In this document: piece after piece, positions 18,957 to 28,626 of the stretch
Layout of the letters: each line of letters starts with the position of its first letter
Position numbering within the stretch: position 1 is the stretch's first letter
Source: an uncultured Actinomycetota bacterium
GTDB taxonomy: Bacteria > Actinomycetota > Geothermincolia > Geothermincolales > RBG-13-55-18
NCBI GenBank assembly: GCA_964529285.1
Contig: CAZGWK010000001.1
Span: forward strand, 72,452 to 136,451
Reading direction: 5' to 3'
DNA length: 64,000 nt
Notes under the pieces: generated by a model
What the model was told of the DNA's origin: nothing
Databases searched by the model: none
The model's input: the letters and a program-made list of their open reading frames with translations, nothing else
Program-made: the position numbers and the translations under genes

Positions 18957-19014
18957 GGGTTCATCCCGGTTATCCGCAATCCCAGGGAGGTGCCGGGGGC
19001 CGGTGCCCGCAGGA

Positions 19015-19392
19015 TCAGTCCAGGCTTATGTTGTACTTGAACAACAGATGCTGATAATCCTTGCGGTAGAATATCTTGCACTTTACCTGCGGATAAAGTT
19101 CTTTCAGCCGTCTGATCTTGCGGTTCTTCTTGGTCACCAGTTTCTGATTCATGGTCGTTATCTCTATAAAGAGATCGTATTCCGGGAGATAAAAATCGGG
19201 GGTGAATTTGGAAACGGCGTTGCCTTTCTTGTCCCACTCTATATCGAAGCTTAACGGTTCATACATCCATTTGATATCGTAAAAATCTAGCAAGCGGGCG
19301 AATTCCTGCTCGCTGCGGTGGGCGAAGCGTACTTCGTCCCAGCGTTTCTGCTCGCCACCCGAGACGATGGAATCGCCGCTCTCAGCAGTCAA
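19015..19392 (-). CDS. DUF559-like (Vsr-fold PD-(D/E)xK) endonuclease-domain protein
   Basis: The motif FTPDFYLPEYDLFIEI…K…KIFYRKDY matches the DUF559 pattern. Local GC is about 45%, against about 60% for the window. Confidence 0.55.
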   Translation of the reverse strand: MTAESGDSIVSGGEQKRWDEVRFAHRSEQEFARLLDFYDIKWMYEPLSFDIEWDKKGNAVSKFTPDFYLPEYDLFIEITTMNQKLVTKKNRKIRRLKELYPQVKCKIFYRKDYQHLLFKYNISLD

Positions 19393-19414
19393 TGTTCACC
19401 CCGCAAACCGGTGT

Positions 19415-20464
19415 TCAGATACCCTGGGGTATCAATATCTCGAATTCCGTCCATTGTACGCCGTCCAGGCCTATGCTCTGCGCAGCTCCAAAGGACAGGT
19501 CCAGCACGCGACCCGGCACGAAGGGGCCGCGGTCGTTGACCTGAACTATCGTCTGCCCTGCACCGAAAGTAACCAGGAGCCAGGTACCGAAGGGCAGGGT
19601 CCTATGGGCGCAAGTGAAGTCGTACATGTTGAAGATCACTCCGCTGGCGGTGGAGCGGCCGTGAAAATTCGCGCCATAGCACGTGGTATACCCGGAATAT
19701 ATCATTCCCGTACGTTCAAAATCCGATAATGGGGGCTGTGAAGGTACACGATCCAGCAGTTCTCCCGGCGCCGGGACGTTCCATGCGGGCGCATTCGGAG
19801 ACGGCTGCACGTATCCCCCCCCAGGTCCTGTGTTCAGCGCGCGCAGGCTGGCGTTTACCTCGCTAAGTCTCGCCTCGAGCTCGGCTATCCTCGCGTCGAT
19901 CAGCTCGGCATCGAGCGCTTCGCAAATACGCTGCCTTCTTGCCCGTTTATATCTCAAATCCCGCTCTCTCAGCCCCAGCTCCGATATCTTCTTTTTCAGA
20001 AGCTCGAGTGAATCTGTTAGCGAGCTTAAAATGCGCTCGAAATAGGTCGTGTCCTCCCAGACTTCCTCGAGCTCGCGAGCCTCGAGAAATACCTCGAGCT
20101 CGCTGACCTCGCCGCGTTTGTAGAGCGAGCGCAGGGATCGATCGTACGCATGCTGACATTCATCGAGTTCCCCTCCGATCACCTCTATCTCGTCTTCTGC
20201 CGCGGCTATGCTCTCGTCCAATGCGTACATCTCCTGGACAAGGGCATCCCTCTCGCTGTGAGCGGCGCGTTGGCGCGCCTTGAGCTCGAGTATCTCGTAC
20301 GTCAGACGGTCTGCCTCGCTCTGTAGGGATTCGCTCTCCCCCGATGCGGTTATGCAAGGGTTGAGGCACAACGCTATAAGGGCCCCGACAACCACGGCGA
20401 GGACTATCCTGTGTCTAAGCATTCTATCGCGCATATTCCCACCACACGATCCTGACCTCGGCAC
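19415..20464 (-). CDS. 3D-domain (MltA-like/RlpA-like DPBB) cell-wall protein with N-terminal signal anchor and coiled-coil
   Basis: The C-terminus has YSGYTTCYGANFHGRSTASG…VNDRGPF. The middle region is a long coiled-coil. Confidence 0.7.
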   Translation of the reverse strand: MPRSGSCGGNMRDRMLRHRIVLAVVVGALIALCLNPCITASGESESLQSEADRLTYEILELKARQRAAHSERDALVQEMYALDESIAAAEDEIEVIGGELDECQHAYDRSLRSLYKRGEVSELEVFLEARELEEVWEDTTYFERILSSLTDSLELLKKKISELGLRERDLRYKRARRQRICEALDAELIDARIAELEARLSEVNASLRALNTGPGGGYVQPSPNAPAWNVPAPGELLDRVPSQPPLSDFERTGMIYSGYTTCYGANFHGRSTASGVIFNMYDFTCAHRTLPFGTWLLVTFGAGQTIVQVNDRGPFVPGRVLDLSFGAAQSIGLDGVQWTEFEILIPQGI

Positions 20465-20571
20465 TCACGAGCTCTAAAGGCGATTTCAACCATAATAATA
20501 ACAAAACCTCTCCAGTTGAAGAACAGGGTTACCAGTGTATGGTAGATGTGAAGTCAAGGGGGAGGCTTGTA

Positions 20572-21645
20572 TCAGGTATAGCGCCCGCCTTGAGACCAAG
20601 CTTTCGACGTGGCGACCTCCTCCAGTTTGGCGAGCTGTTCTACGGTGCCGATGGCGATGATATAATCCCCCGGATCGAGGCGGGTATCCTTCGCCGGCTT
20701 CGTATTGAACCCCAGGCCGCGCTTTTTGACCGCGAGGACGAGTGCCCCCGATATGGAATATATCTTGGCTTCGTCGATGGACTTTCCATCCAGGTAAGAA
20801 TTAGGTTGTATCTCAACGTCATCGATACGCCACTCCAGGTTTTCGATGTTGAACTCGATATATTCGCCCCTGGTCACCAGGTCCAGGTAGTCCCAGACCA
20901 TGGGCTTCAGCAGCATGGCCGCCATGCGCCTGCCCCCGATCGAATGTGGCGATATCACCCTGTCCGCACCGGCCCGCCTCAGCTTGGGCTCCGATTCTTC
21001 CGCGTCGCAGCGGCTGACGATGAAAAGGTGCGGGCAGAGCTCTCTGGCCGTCAGCGTGATGTAGAGGTTTTCCGCGTCGCTGGACAGGGCCGAGACCAGG
21101 CCCTTGGCGTTCTCAATACCGGCTTCACGGAGCGTTTCGTCGTTGGTGGCGTCGGCCCTTATGACCGGCAACCCGAGCCCGGATGCCGCTTCGGCAGCGG
21201 CCTGGTTGCGCTCAATGACCACGAACTCCGCTCCGGCGCGCTTGAGGTCATCGGCGATGTGCTGTCCGACCCTGCCGTATCCACAGAGTATGTGGTGGCC
21301 TATCATGCTCTCGATCTCTTTGCGCATCTTTCTCCTCCCCATCAAACCGGAAAGGCTATTCTCTATCATAAACTCTACCGCGCTGACGAGGGTATAAGCT
21401 ACGGTCCCGACTCCAGCGATGATGATAAAAAGGGTGAAGATCTCCCCTCCCTTACCCAGCGGGAAGACCTCGCCGTATCCGATGGTGGTGATGGTGATGA
21501 CCACCATGTACAGCGCGTCCAGGAAGCCGGCCCCCTCGATGAATATGTATCCCAGGACACCCACGACGATTATCGCGAACAGCAGCAGTGCGGCTTTTTC
21601 GAGATTCTTAAGCCTGTCCAACACTGTAGATGATCCTTCTTTCAC
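20572..21645 (-). CDS. potassium channel protein with RCK (TrkA-N/TrkA-C) domains
   Basis: Has the selectivity filter TTIGYGE and a Rossmann GYGRVGQ motif. Confidence 0.85.
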   Translation of the reverse strand: MKEGSSTVLDRLKNLEKAALLLFAIIVVGVLGYIFIEGAGFLDALYMVVITITTIGYGEVFPLGKGGEIFTLFIIIAGVGTVAYTLVSAVEFMIENSLSGLMGRRKMRKEIESMIGHHILCGYGRVGQHIADDLKRAGAEFVVIERNQAAAEAASGLGLPVIRADATNDETLREAGIENAKGLVSALSSDAENLYITLTARELCPHLFIVSRCDAEESEPKLRRAGADRVISPHSIGGRRMAAMLLKPMVWDYLDLVTRGEYIEFNIENLEWRIDDVEIQPNSYLDGKSIDEAKIYSISGALVLAVKKRGLGFNTKPAKDTRLDPGDYIIAIGTVEQLAKLEEVATSKAWSQGGRYT

Positions 21646-21772
21646 CCACGGTCAACCATACATCAAGAATAGTATCGTACTTGACTGCAGGTATCTATAA
21701 TCCTGCGCGGGTTTATGCAGGCACGGCCTTCTTCAAGGTATGATCGCGAGAAGTATGCTGCGATGCGGTTTA

Positions 21773-22252
21773 CTACATGAAATCCTCGGGTTTTGCGTCC
21801 TTGAGGAAATCCCGGAAGCGTTCTATCTCGTCTTCGTCTTCGGTTTCGATGAAGACGCTGGCCTCGTTGAGCACGTGTTCGTCCGAGAATATGGTAACGC
21901 CGGTTCGTACCGCGAGAGCGATGGCGTCGCTGGGCCTGGCGTCGATCTTAAAGGGCTTGCCTCCATAATCCAGGGTTATGTCCGCGTAGAACGTTCCCTC
22001 CCTCAAGTCGCATATGACGACTTTTTTCATGGTGATGCCCATCTGGTCCATGATGTTCTTCATGAGGTCATGGGTCATGGGGCGGGCGGTCTCTATTCCC
22101 TGCAGGGCAAAAGCAATGGCCGTCGCCTCAAAGGCTCCGATCCAGATGGGCAGAAAGCGGTCGCCCGTCCTCTCCTTGAGCAGCACGATAGGCTGGTTGG
22201 CGGGAAGCTCAACCCTTACGCCTATCAGTGTCAACTCGACCATCGCCATCAC
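21773..22252 (-). CDS. bifunctional nuclease family protein (DUF151/BFN domain)
   Basis: 159 aa with VLLKERTGDRFLPIWIG…RPMTHDL. Confidence 0.75.
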   Translation of the reverse strand: MMAMVELTLIGVRVELPANQPIVLLKERTGDRFLPIWIGAFEATAIAFALQGIETARPMTHDLMKNIMDQMGITMKKVVICDLREGTFYADITLDYGGKPFKIDARPSDAIALAVRTGVTIFSDEHVLNEASVFIETEDEDEIERFRDFLKDAKPEDFM

Positions 22253-22367
22253 ATCCTTATGGTATCAAGGCCTAAACTATAGTACCCTCGCACGACTGTC
22301 AATCGGCCTGATTAATACTTCACCCGAGCCCCGACATGGGTTCACGGGCTGAGCCCGTAGGGGGTCA

Positions 22368-22931
22368 TCAGCCCGAAATCCCCGCCTTTTCCCCGCCTCT
22401 TTCCGTAAGAGTACAGATAAAGCGGAGGTTTCTCCATTTCTGAATGTAGTCGAGACCGTAACCGACCAGGAACTCGTCTCCGACCTCAAAACCACAGTAG
22501 TCGATGGTCAGGGGCGCTATACGGCTTCCGGCACGGTTCAGCAGCGTACATACTTTGAGTCTCCTGGGGCTGCGTTCCTTCAGGTTGCGTAAGATATAGC
22601 TCAAGGTCAGGCCGGTATCTATGATATCCTCTACCACGAGGACATTGCGGTCGAATATGCTCTCGGACAGGTCCTTAACGATGCGCACGCCGCTGGAACG
22701 CGGTCTCGATTCCCGGTAACTTGAAATGGCCATGAAATCGACCGTGATATCCAGCTCCACCGCACGTATGAGGTCCGCCAGGAAGACGAATCCGCCCTTC
22801 AGTATGCTCACCACGGCCAGAGGCCCGGGCTCGTTGCGGAAATCGGCATGAATAGCCGCTGCCATATCGCGCACGCGGAGCGTTATTTCCTCCTCGCTAA
22901 ACACTACGCGTTCAGGGAAGTCCGGATACAT
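22368..22931 (-). CDS. hpt: hypoxanthine phosphoribosyltransferase
   Basis: Carries the PRPP-binding motif VLVVEDIIDTGLT. Confidence 0.9.
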   Translation of the reverse strand: MYPDFPERVVFSEEEITLRVRDMAAAIHADFRNEPGPLAVVSILKGGFVFLADLIRAVELDITVDFMAISSYRESRPRSSGVRIVKDLSESIFDRNVLVVEDIIDTGLTLSYILRNLKERSPRRLKVCTLLNRAGSRIAPLTIDYCGFEVGDEFLVGYGLDYIQKWRNLRFICTLTERGGEKAGISG

Positions 22932-22960
22932 TTACAGCCGCCCTCCTCTCCGCGGCAAGA

Positions 22961-24373
22961 CTACAGCCCCGGTATCAGCCACAGCAGGCACCTCCACCAC
23001 AAGGCGAAAACCGCCCCCAGGAAAGTAAAAAAGCGCACTATCGGGCCGGGCATATCGCGGTAGCCGTCGCTCACCAGCTTCTCGCTGGATTCGTAAGGCG
23101 TGCCCTCCGCCGCCACCATGTAACCGAGTTCCTGGCCCGCGGTGACCGGATAGGAAACCCATGCGAGGTAATGGATGCTCGCATTCCTGAAGTCATCGAG
23201 GCGGTCTCTACGCACGCTAAAAACCAGGTCATCCGAACCCACTGCACACACCCCGCGGCGCGGAAAGTCCCCCACCTCGACTTCCGCGAGTGCCTGTCCC
23301 GAATATGCGAACTCGACGTGCGCAAAGTTATTGAAGCCGTACTCCATGAGCGCTGTTGCCTGGCCCCAGTAATCTTCGCCCCCGTTGAGAACGACCGAAA
23401 TAAGGTCGACATCCTCTCTCTCCGCGGCGGCGACCAGGCATTTTCCCGCCCGGAAAGTATACCCGGTCTTTATGCCGGTAGCTTCCGGGTACATGTCCAG
23501 GAATTTATTGTGGTTCTGCATCACACGCGGGTAAGGATGGCCCGGCCAGGGGATCTGATATTCGTCCGTGACCACCAGCTCCCTGAATAAGGGAATGTCC
23601 ATGGCGTATGCGGCGATAGCCGCAAGATCCCGGGCCGAGGTATAGTGGCCCTCCTCGTCCAGGCCGTGAGGGTTTTTGAAAGAAGTGTTGTCCAGGCCCA
23701 GTTCGAGCGCCTTGGCGTTCATCATCTCCACGAATGCGCCTTCCGAGCCAGCTACATGTTCGCCCAGGGCGACAGCCGCGTCGTTGGCCGATTGCAGCAA
23801 GAGCGCGTACAGGAGCTGCTCGACGGTGAGTATCTCACCTCTTTCCAACCAGGCCGACGACTCCCCCACCGAGCTTGCGTGATCGCTTATGGTCGTTTTT
23901 TCCTGCAACGAAGCGTTTTCCAGGATCAAGATGGCCGTCATTATCTTGGTCGTGGAAGCCATGGGCAGCGATTGATCGGCGTTTTTTTCGTACAGTACAT
24001 CTTCCGTAAAAGGGTCGATGAGTATGGCCGCAGTTGCGGAAACGTCGGGAGCCGATATTTCCCCCGGCAACATGGCGAGGCCCTCGAAGGACTCCAGGTT
24101 GGACGCGGGCAGTTCCGCGCGTATATACCGCGGGTCCTCACCGCTGGTGGCCAGGAGATATACGCTGGAGAGGATAAAAAGAAGCGCAAAAACGGCGATG
24201 CATATGGCTGCGACTATGCGAAAATTGCGCTTGGCCTTACGCCGTTGCGCGCGCTTGCTCTTGCGCAGATCCTTGATCCTCTTTTCGAGGATCTCACGCT
24301 TTTCGCCTTCCGTTAACTCCCTGCGCGGCATCGTATGTTGCGACTGCTCGAACTGATCCATATCCTTCATCAA
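22961..24373 (-). CDS. D-alanyl-D-alanine carboxypeptidase (serine-type, PBP5/DacB-like) with N-terminal membrane anchor
   Basis: Has the SxxK motif (ASTTK) and SxN (SANDAA). Confidence 0.85.
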   Translation of the reverse strand: MMKDMDQFEQSQHTMPRRELTEGEKREILEKRIKDLRKSKRAQRRKAKRNFRIVAAICIAVFALLFILSSVYLLATSGEDPRYIRAELPASNLESFEGLAMLPGEISAPDVSATAAILIDPFTEDVLYEKNADQSLPMASTTKIMTAILILENASLQEKTTISDHASSVGESSAWLERGEILTVEQLLYALLLQSANDAAVALGEHVAGSEGAFVEMMNAKALELGLDNTSFKNPHGLDEEGHYTSARDLAAIAAYAMDIPLFRELVVTDEYQIPWPGHPYPRVMQNHNKFLDMYPEATGIKTGYTFRAGKCLVAAAEREDVDLISVVLNGGEDYWGQATALMEYGFNNFAHVEFAYSGQALAEVEVGDFPRRGVCAVGSDDLVFSVRRDRLDDFRNASIHYLAWVSYPVTAGQELGYMVAAEGTPYESSEKLVSDGYRDMPGPIVRFFTFLGAVFALWWRCLLWLIPGL

Positions 24374-24467
24374 TGTGGAGTTTAGCAGATGGCGCCCACG
24401 TGGTCACCAATATTCGACAAGGCGCGACGAGGCCACGCGCAGAGCATGCCGGATGGCTCAATGCCCT

Positions 24468-26306
24468 TCAATACAGCAGCGTTGTGGAAATGCCCAGGTA
24501 TATTGCGAGGGTAGCGATCGCGACGAAAAGGGATGAAAAACGCGCCTGGGTATAGCGCAACTCGCCCTTGATGCGGCGCGATATTAGTGGAATGCATATG
24601 CCGACGGCTGTCCCTAAAACGACGGTGATGAAAAGGGTCAGACCGATGGTGATCCCGAAGCGCGCATAATCCTCCCAGATGGCGGCGACCAGACCGCCCA
24701 GAACCGCGAGACCAAGGGAGATAGATAACACTACCCGCATCTCTTTCCAGACCAGGATGAGCACCTCTCTCCAGCCGGGATCCTTGCCGCCGATATCCTC
24801 AAGGACCACCGCCTGGGTCACGATGCTTATGTCCTGGGCCGCCCTCAAGACAAGGGGGATAAAAAAGACCAGTGAGATAAGCGGCACGATGCGGTCCTCG
24901 AAGGCGGAGATGAGCAGCGCGGCCGCCAGCCCGCCGAGAAGCGTGATGATGATGGACGGGAGCCTCGTGCGCAGAGACGAGCCCGTTTCGGCCAGTTCGA
25001 GACCGCCGAGATGAGAAAGATCCTCGATGGTCTCCTCGCGTATCACGTCGATCATATCGTCCACGGTAATGATGCCCTTGATCGTGTTGGAATCATCGAC
25101 TACCGGAAGTGCCAGGAAGTTGTAGCGGCTCATGGTGTCGGCAACGGCTTCCTGATCCTCTGCTACATTGACCGAAATCACGTCGCGGTGCATGAAATCC
25201 TCGACCCTATCGTCCTGGGGGGACGTGAGGAGGTCTCGCAGGGAGACAACACCCTTCAGGCGCCCCTCGTTGTCCTCAACATAGACATAATAGAGAGTCT
25301 CCGCATCCGGTGCGTTCTCGCGCAGGTAAACCATGGCATCGCTGGCGGTAAAGGAGCTGGATACGCATATGAACTCCGGAGTCATGCGGCCTCCAGCCGT
25401 GTCCTCGCCGTAACCGAGCAACTCCCTGATGATACCGGCCTCCTGCAGTCCCATGATGTTCAAGAGACGCTCTGCTTTGTCCCGCGGCAGAAGCGCCAGG
25501 ATGTCGGTCGCTTCGTCTGGAGGCATTATCTCCAGCAGGTTAGAGGCCTTGATCTCGCTCAGATCCTCGATAACATCGGCCTGCTTTCCCGGCTCTACCT
25601 CCGCCAGGGATTCAGCAGCCGTAAATGCGCCCAGGAGGTCGAGCAGCCTTGCGCGGTGCTGCGGTTCCAGTTGCTCTATTATGTCGGCGATATCGCTTGG
25701 ATGCATTTCGCCCAGCTGTGATTCGGTAACGTTGAGTTTGAGATCATGTCTTTGCACCTCGAGCGGAGCCACAAAATCCCACGGAATGGTCTTTTCGGGC
25801 AGGCCGCTGCCCACGATGTGCAATAGCTTTTCGACCGTCTTTTCCATGCCCAGCCTGCGCAGGAGGGCTTTCTGGCTCACATCTACCCCGGTAAGCCGCA
25901 GCTTTGAATCAAATTCCGCCAGCCGGATATCATTCACCCTCACAACCTTGTTCCCATGCAGATCGACGATCTGCCGGTCGAGCAGGTTCCGCCCCAGCAG
26001 GATACCCGCGGGGGAACGCTCGCTGCGCCAGATCTCTTCGTTTTCACGGTCGAGAGTCAAATGAGAAGGCTGCAGGGATGATACCCAGTCCCAGGGGACC
26101 GAAACCGTTTCCCGGCGCCCTCGCCTCATGCGCGAGATTACCAGGGATTCGCTCTGGGGAATGCTGCCCTGCCTCCCTATTCCTATATCGTGCAGCTTGC
26201 CTACTATACGCCCCGCGCAGTCCTTGACCTTGCGTTCCTGGAGATCGGAGAAGAAGAGCACCTCACACCTCCCCGGCGAGGTCTTTGGGATCTGATATCC
26301 TGGCAT
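24468..26306 (-). CDS. mgtE: magnesium transporter MgtE with an extended PRC-barrel-like N-terminal region
   Basis: Shows the MgtE N domain, a CBS pair and a C-terminal 5-TM region. Confidence 0.85.
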   Translation of the reverse strand: MPGYQIPKTSPGRCEVLFFSDLQERKVKDCAGRIVGKLHDIGIGRQGSIPQSESLVISRMRRGRRETVSVPWDWVSSLQPSHLTLDRENEEIWRSERSPAGILLGRNLLDRQIVDLHGNKVVRVNDIRLAEFDSKLRLTGVDVSQKALLRRLGMEKTVEKLLHIVGSGLPEKTIPWDFVAPLEVQRHDLKLNVTESQLGEMHPSDIADIIEQLEPQHRARLLDLLGAFTAAESLAEVEPGKQADVIEDLSEIKASNLLEIMPPDEATDILALLPRDKAERLLNIMGLQEAGIIRELLGYGEDTAGGRMTPEFICVSSSFTASDAMVYLRENAPDAETLYYVYVEDNEGRLKGVVSLRDLLTSPQDDRVEDFMHRDVISVNVAEDQEAVADTMSRYNFLALPVVDDSNTIKGIITVDDMIDVIREETIEDLSHLGGLELAETGSSLRTRLPSIIITLLGGLAAALLISAFEDRIVPLISLVFFIPLVLRAAQDISIVTQAVVLEDIGGKDPGWREVLILVWKEMRVVLSISLGLAVLGGLVAAIWEDYARFGITIGLTLFITVVLGTAVGICIPLISRRIKGELRYTQARFSSLFVAIATLAIYLGISTTLLY

Positions 26307-26385
26307 CTCCCAAGTGCACTTATAATGCCGGCCGTTGCCCTGAACAATTCTATAGCAAGCCCGAACGTGAATTCAAACCCGCTCC

Positions 26386-26874
26386 TCAAGCAAGGTGAAG
26401 TGTCGATTCCACTCCCTCTCGGAAGCGCTCCCAGTGGCTTCCTTCCCAGAATATAGTATTGCAGTATGTGCACAACAGGTAGTTATCCCGGGTGGCGACG
26501 GTGAAGGGCGCGAGAAGATGACGCGCCTCCCACGCGGCTATCGCCCCCAGGCTGGAGTTGCATAGCGAGCAGCGCGGCTTGCGGAAATGCGTTATCCAGC
26601 CTTCTTCCGCGAGTTGCGCGAGTTGGTTCAGGATCTGCGAGGATCTTATATCAACGACGGTAGGATTTCCCGCACGAGGCCCGTTGCGAAGGGCTATTGC
26701 GTGGTCCCTGGTAAGCAGGACCCTCCCCTCCTCCTTTGCCGCGGCTATAAGGCGGGCATCTGAACTGGGCGGCGGATATGAGACGTCATAGCCCATGAGC
26801 CTCATATAACGTGCCAGTCTGCCGAGCATGCGGTCGGCGATAAAGCGGGCCTGGGACGGGATCGCAAATTTCAA
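26386..26874 (-). CDS. Mut7-C RNase-domain protein (PIN-like plus Zn ribbon, DUF82)
   Basis: Has MLGRLARYMRLMGYD and a C-terminal CxxC…CxxC. Confidence 0.7.
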   Translation of the reverse strand: MKFAIPSQARFIADRMLGRLARYMRLMGYDVSYPPPSSDARLIAAAKEEGRVLLTRDHAIALRNGPRAGNPTVVDIRSSQILNQLAQLAEEGWITHFRKPRCSLCNSSLGAIAAWEARHLLAPFTVATRDNYLLCTYCNTIFWEGSHWERFREGVESTLHLA

Positions 26875-27620
26875 AACGGAACAGGCTGGTTCGCTTTGAG
26901 GAAATACTCCTTGACCCGGTTTTTAAGGAGCAGGTCCTTCAATTCCCGTGAGAGATTGACTAACTGGAGGAGGTTGTCCAGCGCCCTGCGTTTTGCTTCG
27001 GGGTCCTTGGATTTCAAGGCGGGCATGATCAGCTGTTCGAAAGCCAGGGCTTCGCGGTCCGTGAGGTTCTCGTACATACGCATATGCCGGGGCTCGAGAC
27101 CGTAGCGCGAGAATTCCCTGGCGATGCGGAGTATCTTGACGTCCTCTTTATCGTAGTACGGCCCGTCATCCCCGTCGTGTGAGCATATCAGGCCAAAGTC
27201 CTCCAGGGTGGCGAGGAATGAGGGCTCTACTTCCAGGGCCTGGGGGGCATGCTCCCGTAAAATCGTCGTATCATCGTAAGCAACCAGATCCTCCCCCACC
27301 TCGAGGGAGCCCATCATGCCCGGAACAAGATCGCCGGCCCTTGCCTTTCCGCTCTCCAACTCGTCGATCTTCTCGCGGATCACCTTGAGGGGCAGATATT
27401 TCTCCCGCTGCAGCTTGAGGATAAAGCGCAGGCGCTGCGCATCCGCCTGGCTGAACTTGCGGTATCCAGAGGGAGTCCTCTCCGGTTCTATGAGGCCTTC
27501 ACTCTCCAGAAACCGTATCTTCGAGATAGTCAGATCCGGGAACTCGTCCTTCATCGACTTGAGCAAGTCTCCTATGCTCATCCTGTCTTTCTGTTTTTCC
27601 ATGAGAGTTACCGCCCTCAT
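26871..27620 (-). CDS. MerR family transcriptional regulator (FtsR-like)
   Basis: The N-terminal MerR HTH is MSIGDLLKSMKDEFPDLTISKIRFLESEGLIEP. Its 3' end overlaps the FHA gene by 4 bp. Confidence 0.8.
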   Translation of the reverse strand: MRAVTLMEKQKDRMSIGDLLKSMKDEFPDLTISKIRFLESEGLIEPERTPSGYRKFSQADAQRLRFILKLQREKYLPLKVIREKIDELESGKARAGDLVPGMMGSLEVGEDLVAYDDTTILREHAPQALEVEPSFLATLEDFGLICSHDGDDGPYYDKEDVKILRIAREFSRYGLEPRHMRMYENLTDREALAFEQLIMPALKSKDPEAKRRALDNLLQLVNLSRELKDLLLKNRVKEYFLKANQPVPF

Positions 27621-28093
27621 CCCGTCCCGGCAAAAAAGAGTAGCCGGAACTTGCCTATCTGTATCTCATCCCCGTTTTCCAGCATAGCTGCCTCGATACG
27701 CTCCCGGTTCAGATATGTGCCGTTCAGCGAACCCGTGTCCAGGAGCTTGAAAGCGGGCCCATCGCGGCGTATCTCCGCATGCCTTCGCGAAACGGTGATG
27801 TCATCGAGGAAGATGTCGCTCTCAGGGTGCCGCCCCACCACGATGATGTCACGGTTTATGGTGAAACTCATGCCCGCGTCCGGCCCCTTTTTTATCATCA
27901 GGAGGGCGTTACCTGCCTCCAGCGGCTGCGTGGGAAGTGAAATCTCTACTTCCTCTTCCGATTCGGATTCCACGGCGGGAAGGCCTACGGTGGAATCGCC
28001 ATGAGGTGTCTCCTCCTGATCGAAGCGTACCCCACAGCGTGCGCAGAAGACACTGTTCTCGGGATTATAATGACCGCATTTGGTGCAGAACAT
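27617..28093 (-). CDS. FHA-domain protein with an N-terminal zinc ribbon (GarA/OdhI-like)
   Basis: The N-terminus is CTKCGH…CARCG. The C-terminal FHA has GRHPESDIFLDDITVSRRHAEI…NGTYLN. Confidence 0.8.
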   Translation of the reverse strand: MFCTKCGHYNPENSVFCARCGVRFDQEETPHGDSTVGLPAVESESEEEVEISLPTQPLEAGNALLMIKKGPDAGMSFTINRDIIVVGRHPESDIFLDDITVSRRHAEIRRDGPAFKLLDTGSLNGTYLNRERIEAAMLENGDEIQIGKFRLLFFAGTG

Positions 28094-28161
28094 CCGCCCT
28101 CCTTCCGGCAGTATTTGCGAAGGCGCTTTTAGCTAACCCTGAATACGAAGCATCCGATATA

Positions 28162-28173
28162 CATATTAATATG
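28162..28173 (-). promoter_or_regulatory. perfect 12-bp palindrome CATATTAATATG (18 bp with one mismatch) over the putative -10 of the FHA–MerR operon
   Basis: It sits about 70 bp upstream of the FHA ATG, embedded in TATTAAT. Confidence 0.4.
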
Positions 28174-28223
28174 AATCCGGCGGAATTTAAACTAAAGCCT
28201 TACATTTAGGGTTTGCCCTGAGA

Positions 28224-28532
28224 TCAATCACCGGTTGGATCGCTGCGGCTTACGCCCATCGCTTCGCCCGCCAGGATCTCGCTCAGCCTGCTGATGTCCT
28301 TATCGCTGATGATTGACTTGCCTTCCTTCAAACTGCCCTTTTTCCGCCTTACCAGCTCAGCGCGGAGTATATCGATCTTGCCATGCAACACGCGACGCTG
28401 ATAGGAGACTTTGTTCTCTTCCTTCAGCAGCTCCTCCAGGATCTGCCTTAATTCCTCATCCGTCTTGCTGCTATAGTCAATGTAAACCTCATGTGGAGGA
28501 ACTTCTTGAGACTGCTTCTTGTCCTCGCCCAT
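28224..28532 (-). CDS. small coiled-coil hypothetical protein
   Basis: 102 aa from the ATG behind an AAGAGGAGGG RBS. It contains the conserved-looking motif VSYQRRVLHGKIDILRAELVRR. Confidence 0.45.
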   Translation of the reverse strand: MGEDKKQSQEVPPHEVYIDYSSKTDEELRQILEELLKEENKVSYQRRVLHGKIDILRAELVRRKKGSLKEGKSIISDKDISRLSEILAGEAMGVSRSDPTGD

Positions 28533-28626
28533 CGACAACCCTCCTCTTAACGGGCACAACGATCAACTATGATTTTAGCAGAATATCAACATCACCATAA
28601 GGCCTAATCGCCTTACGGCAGACTGG

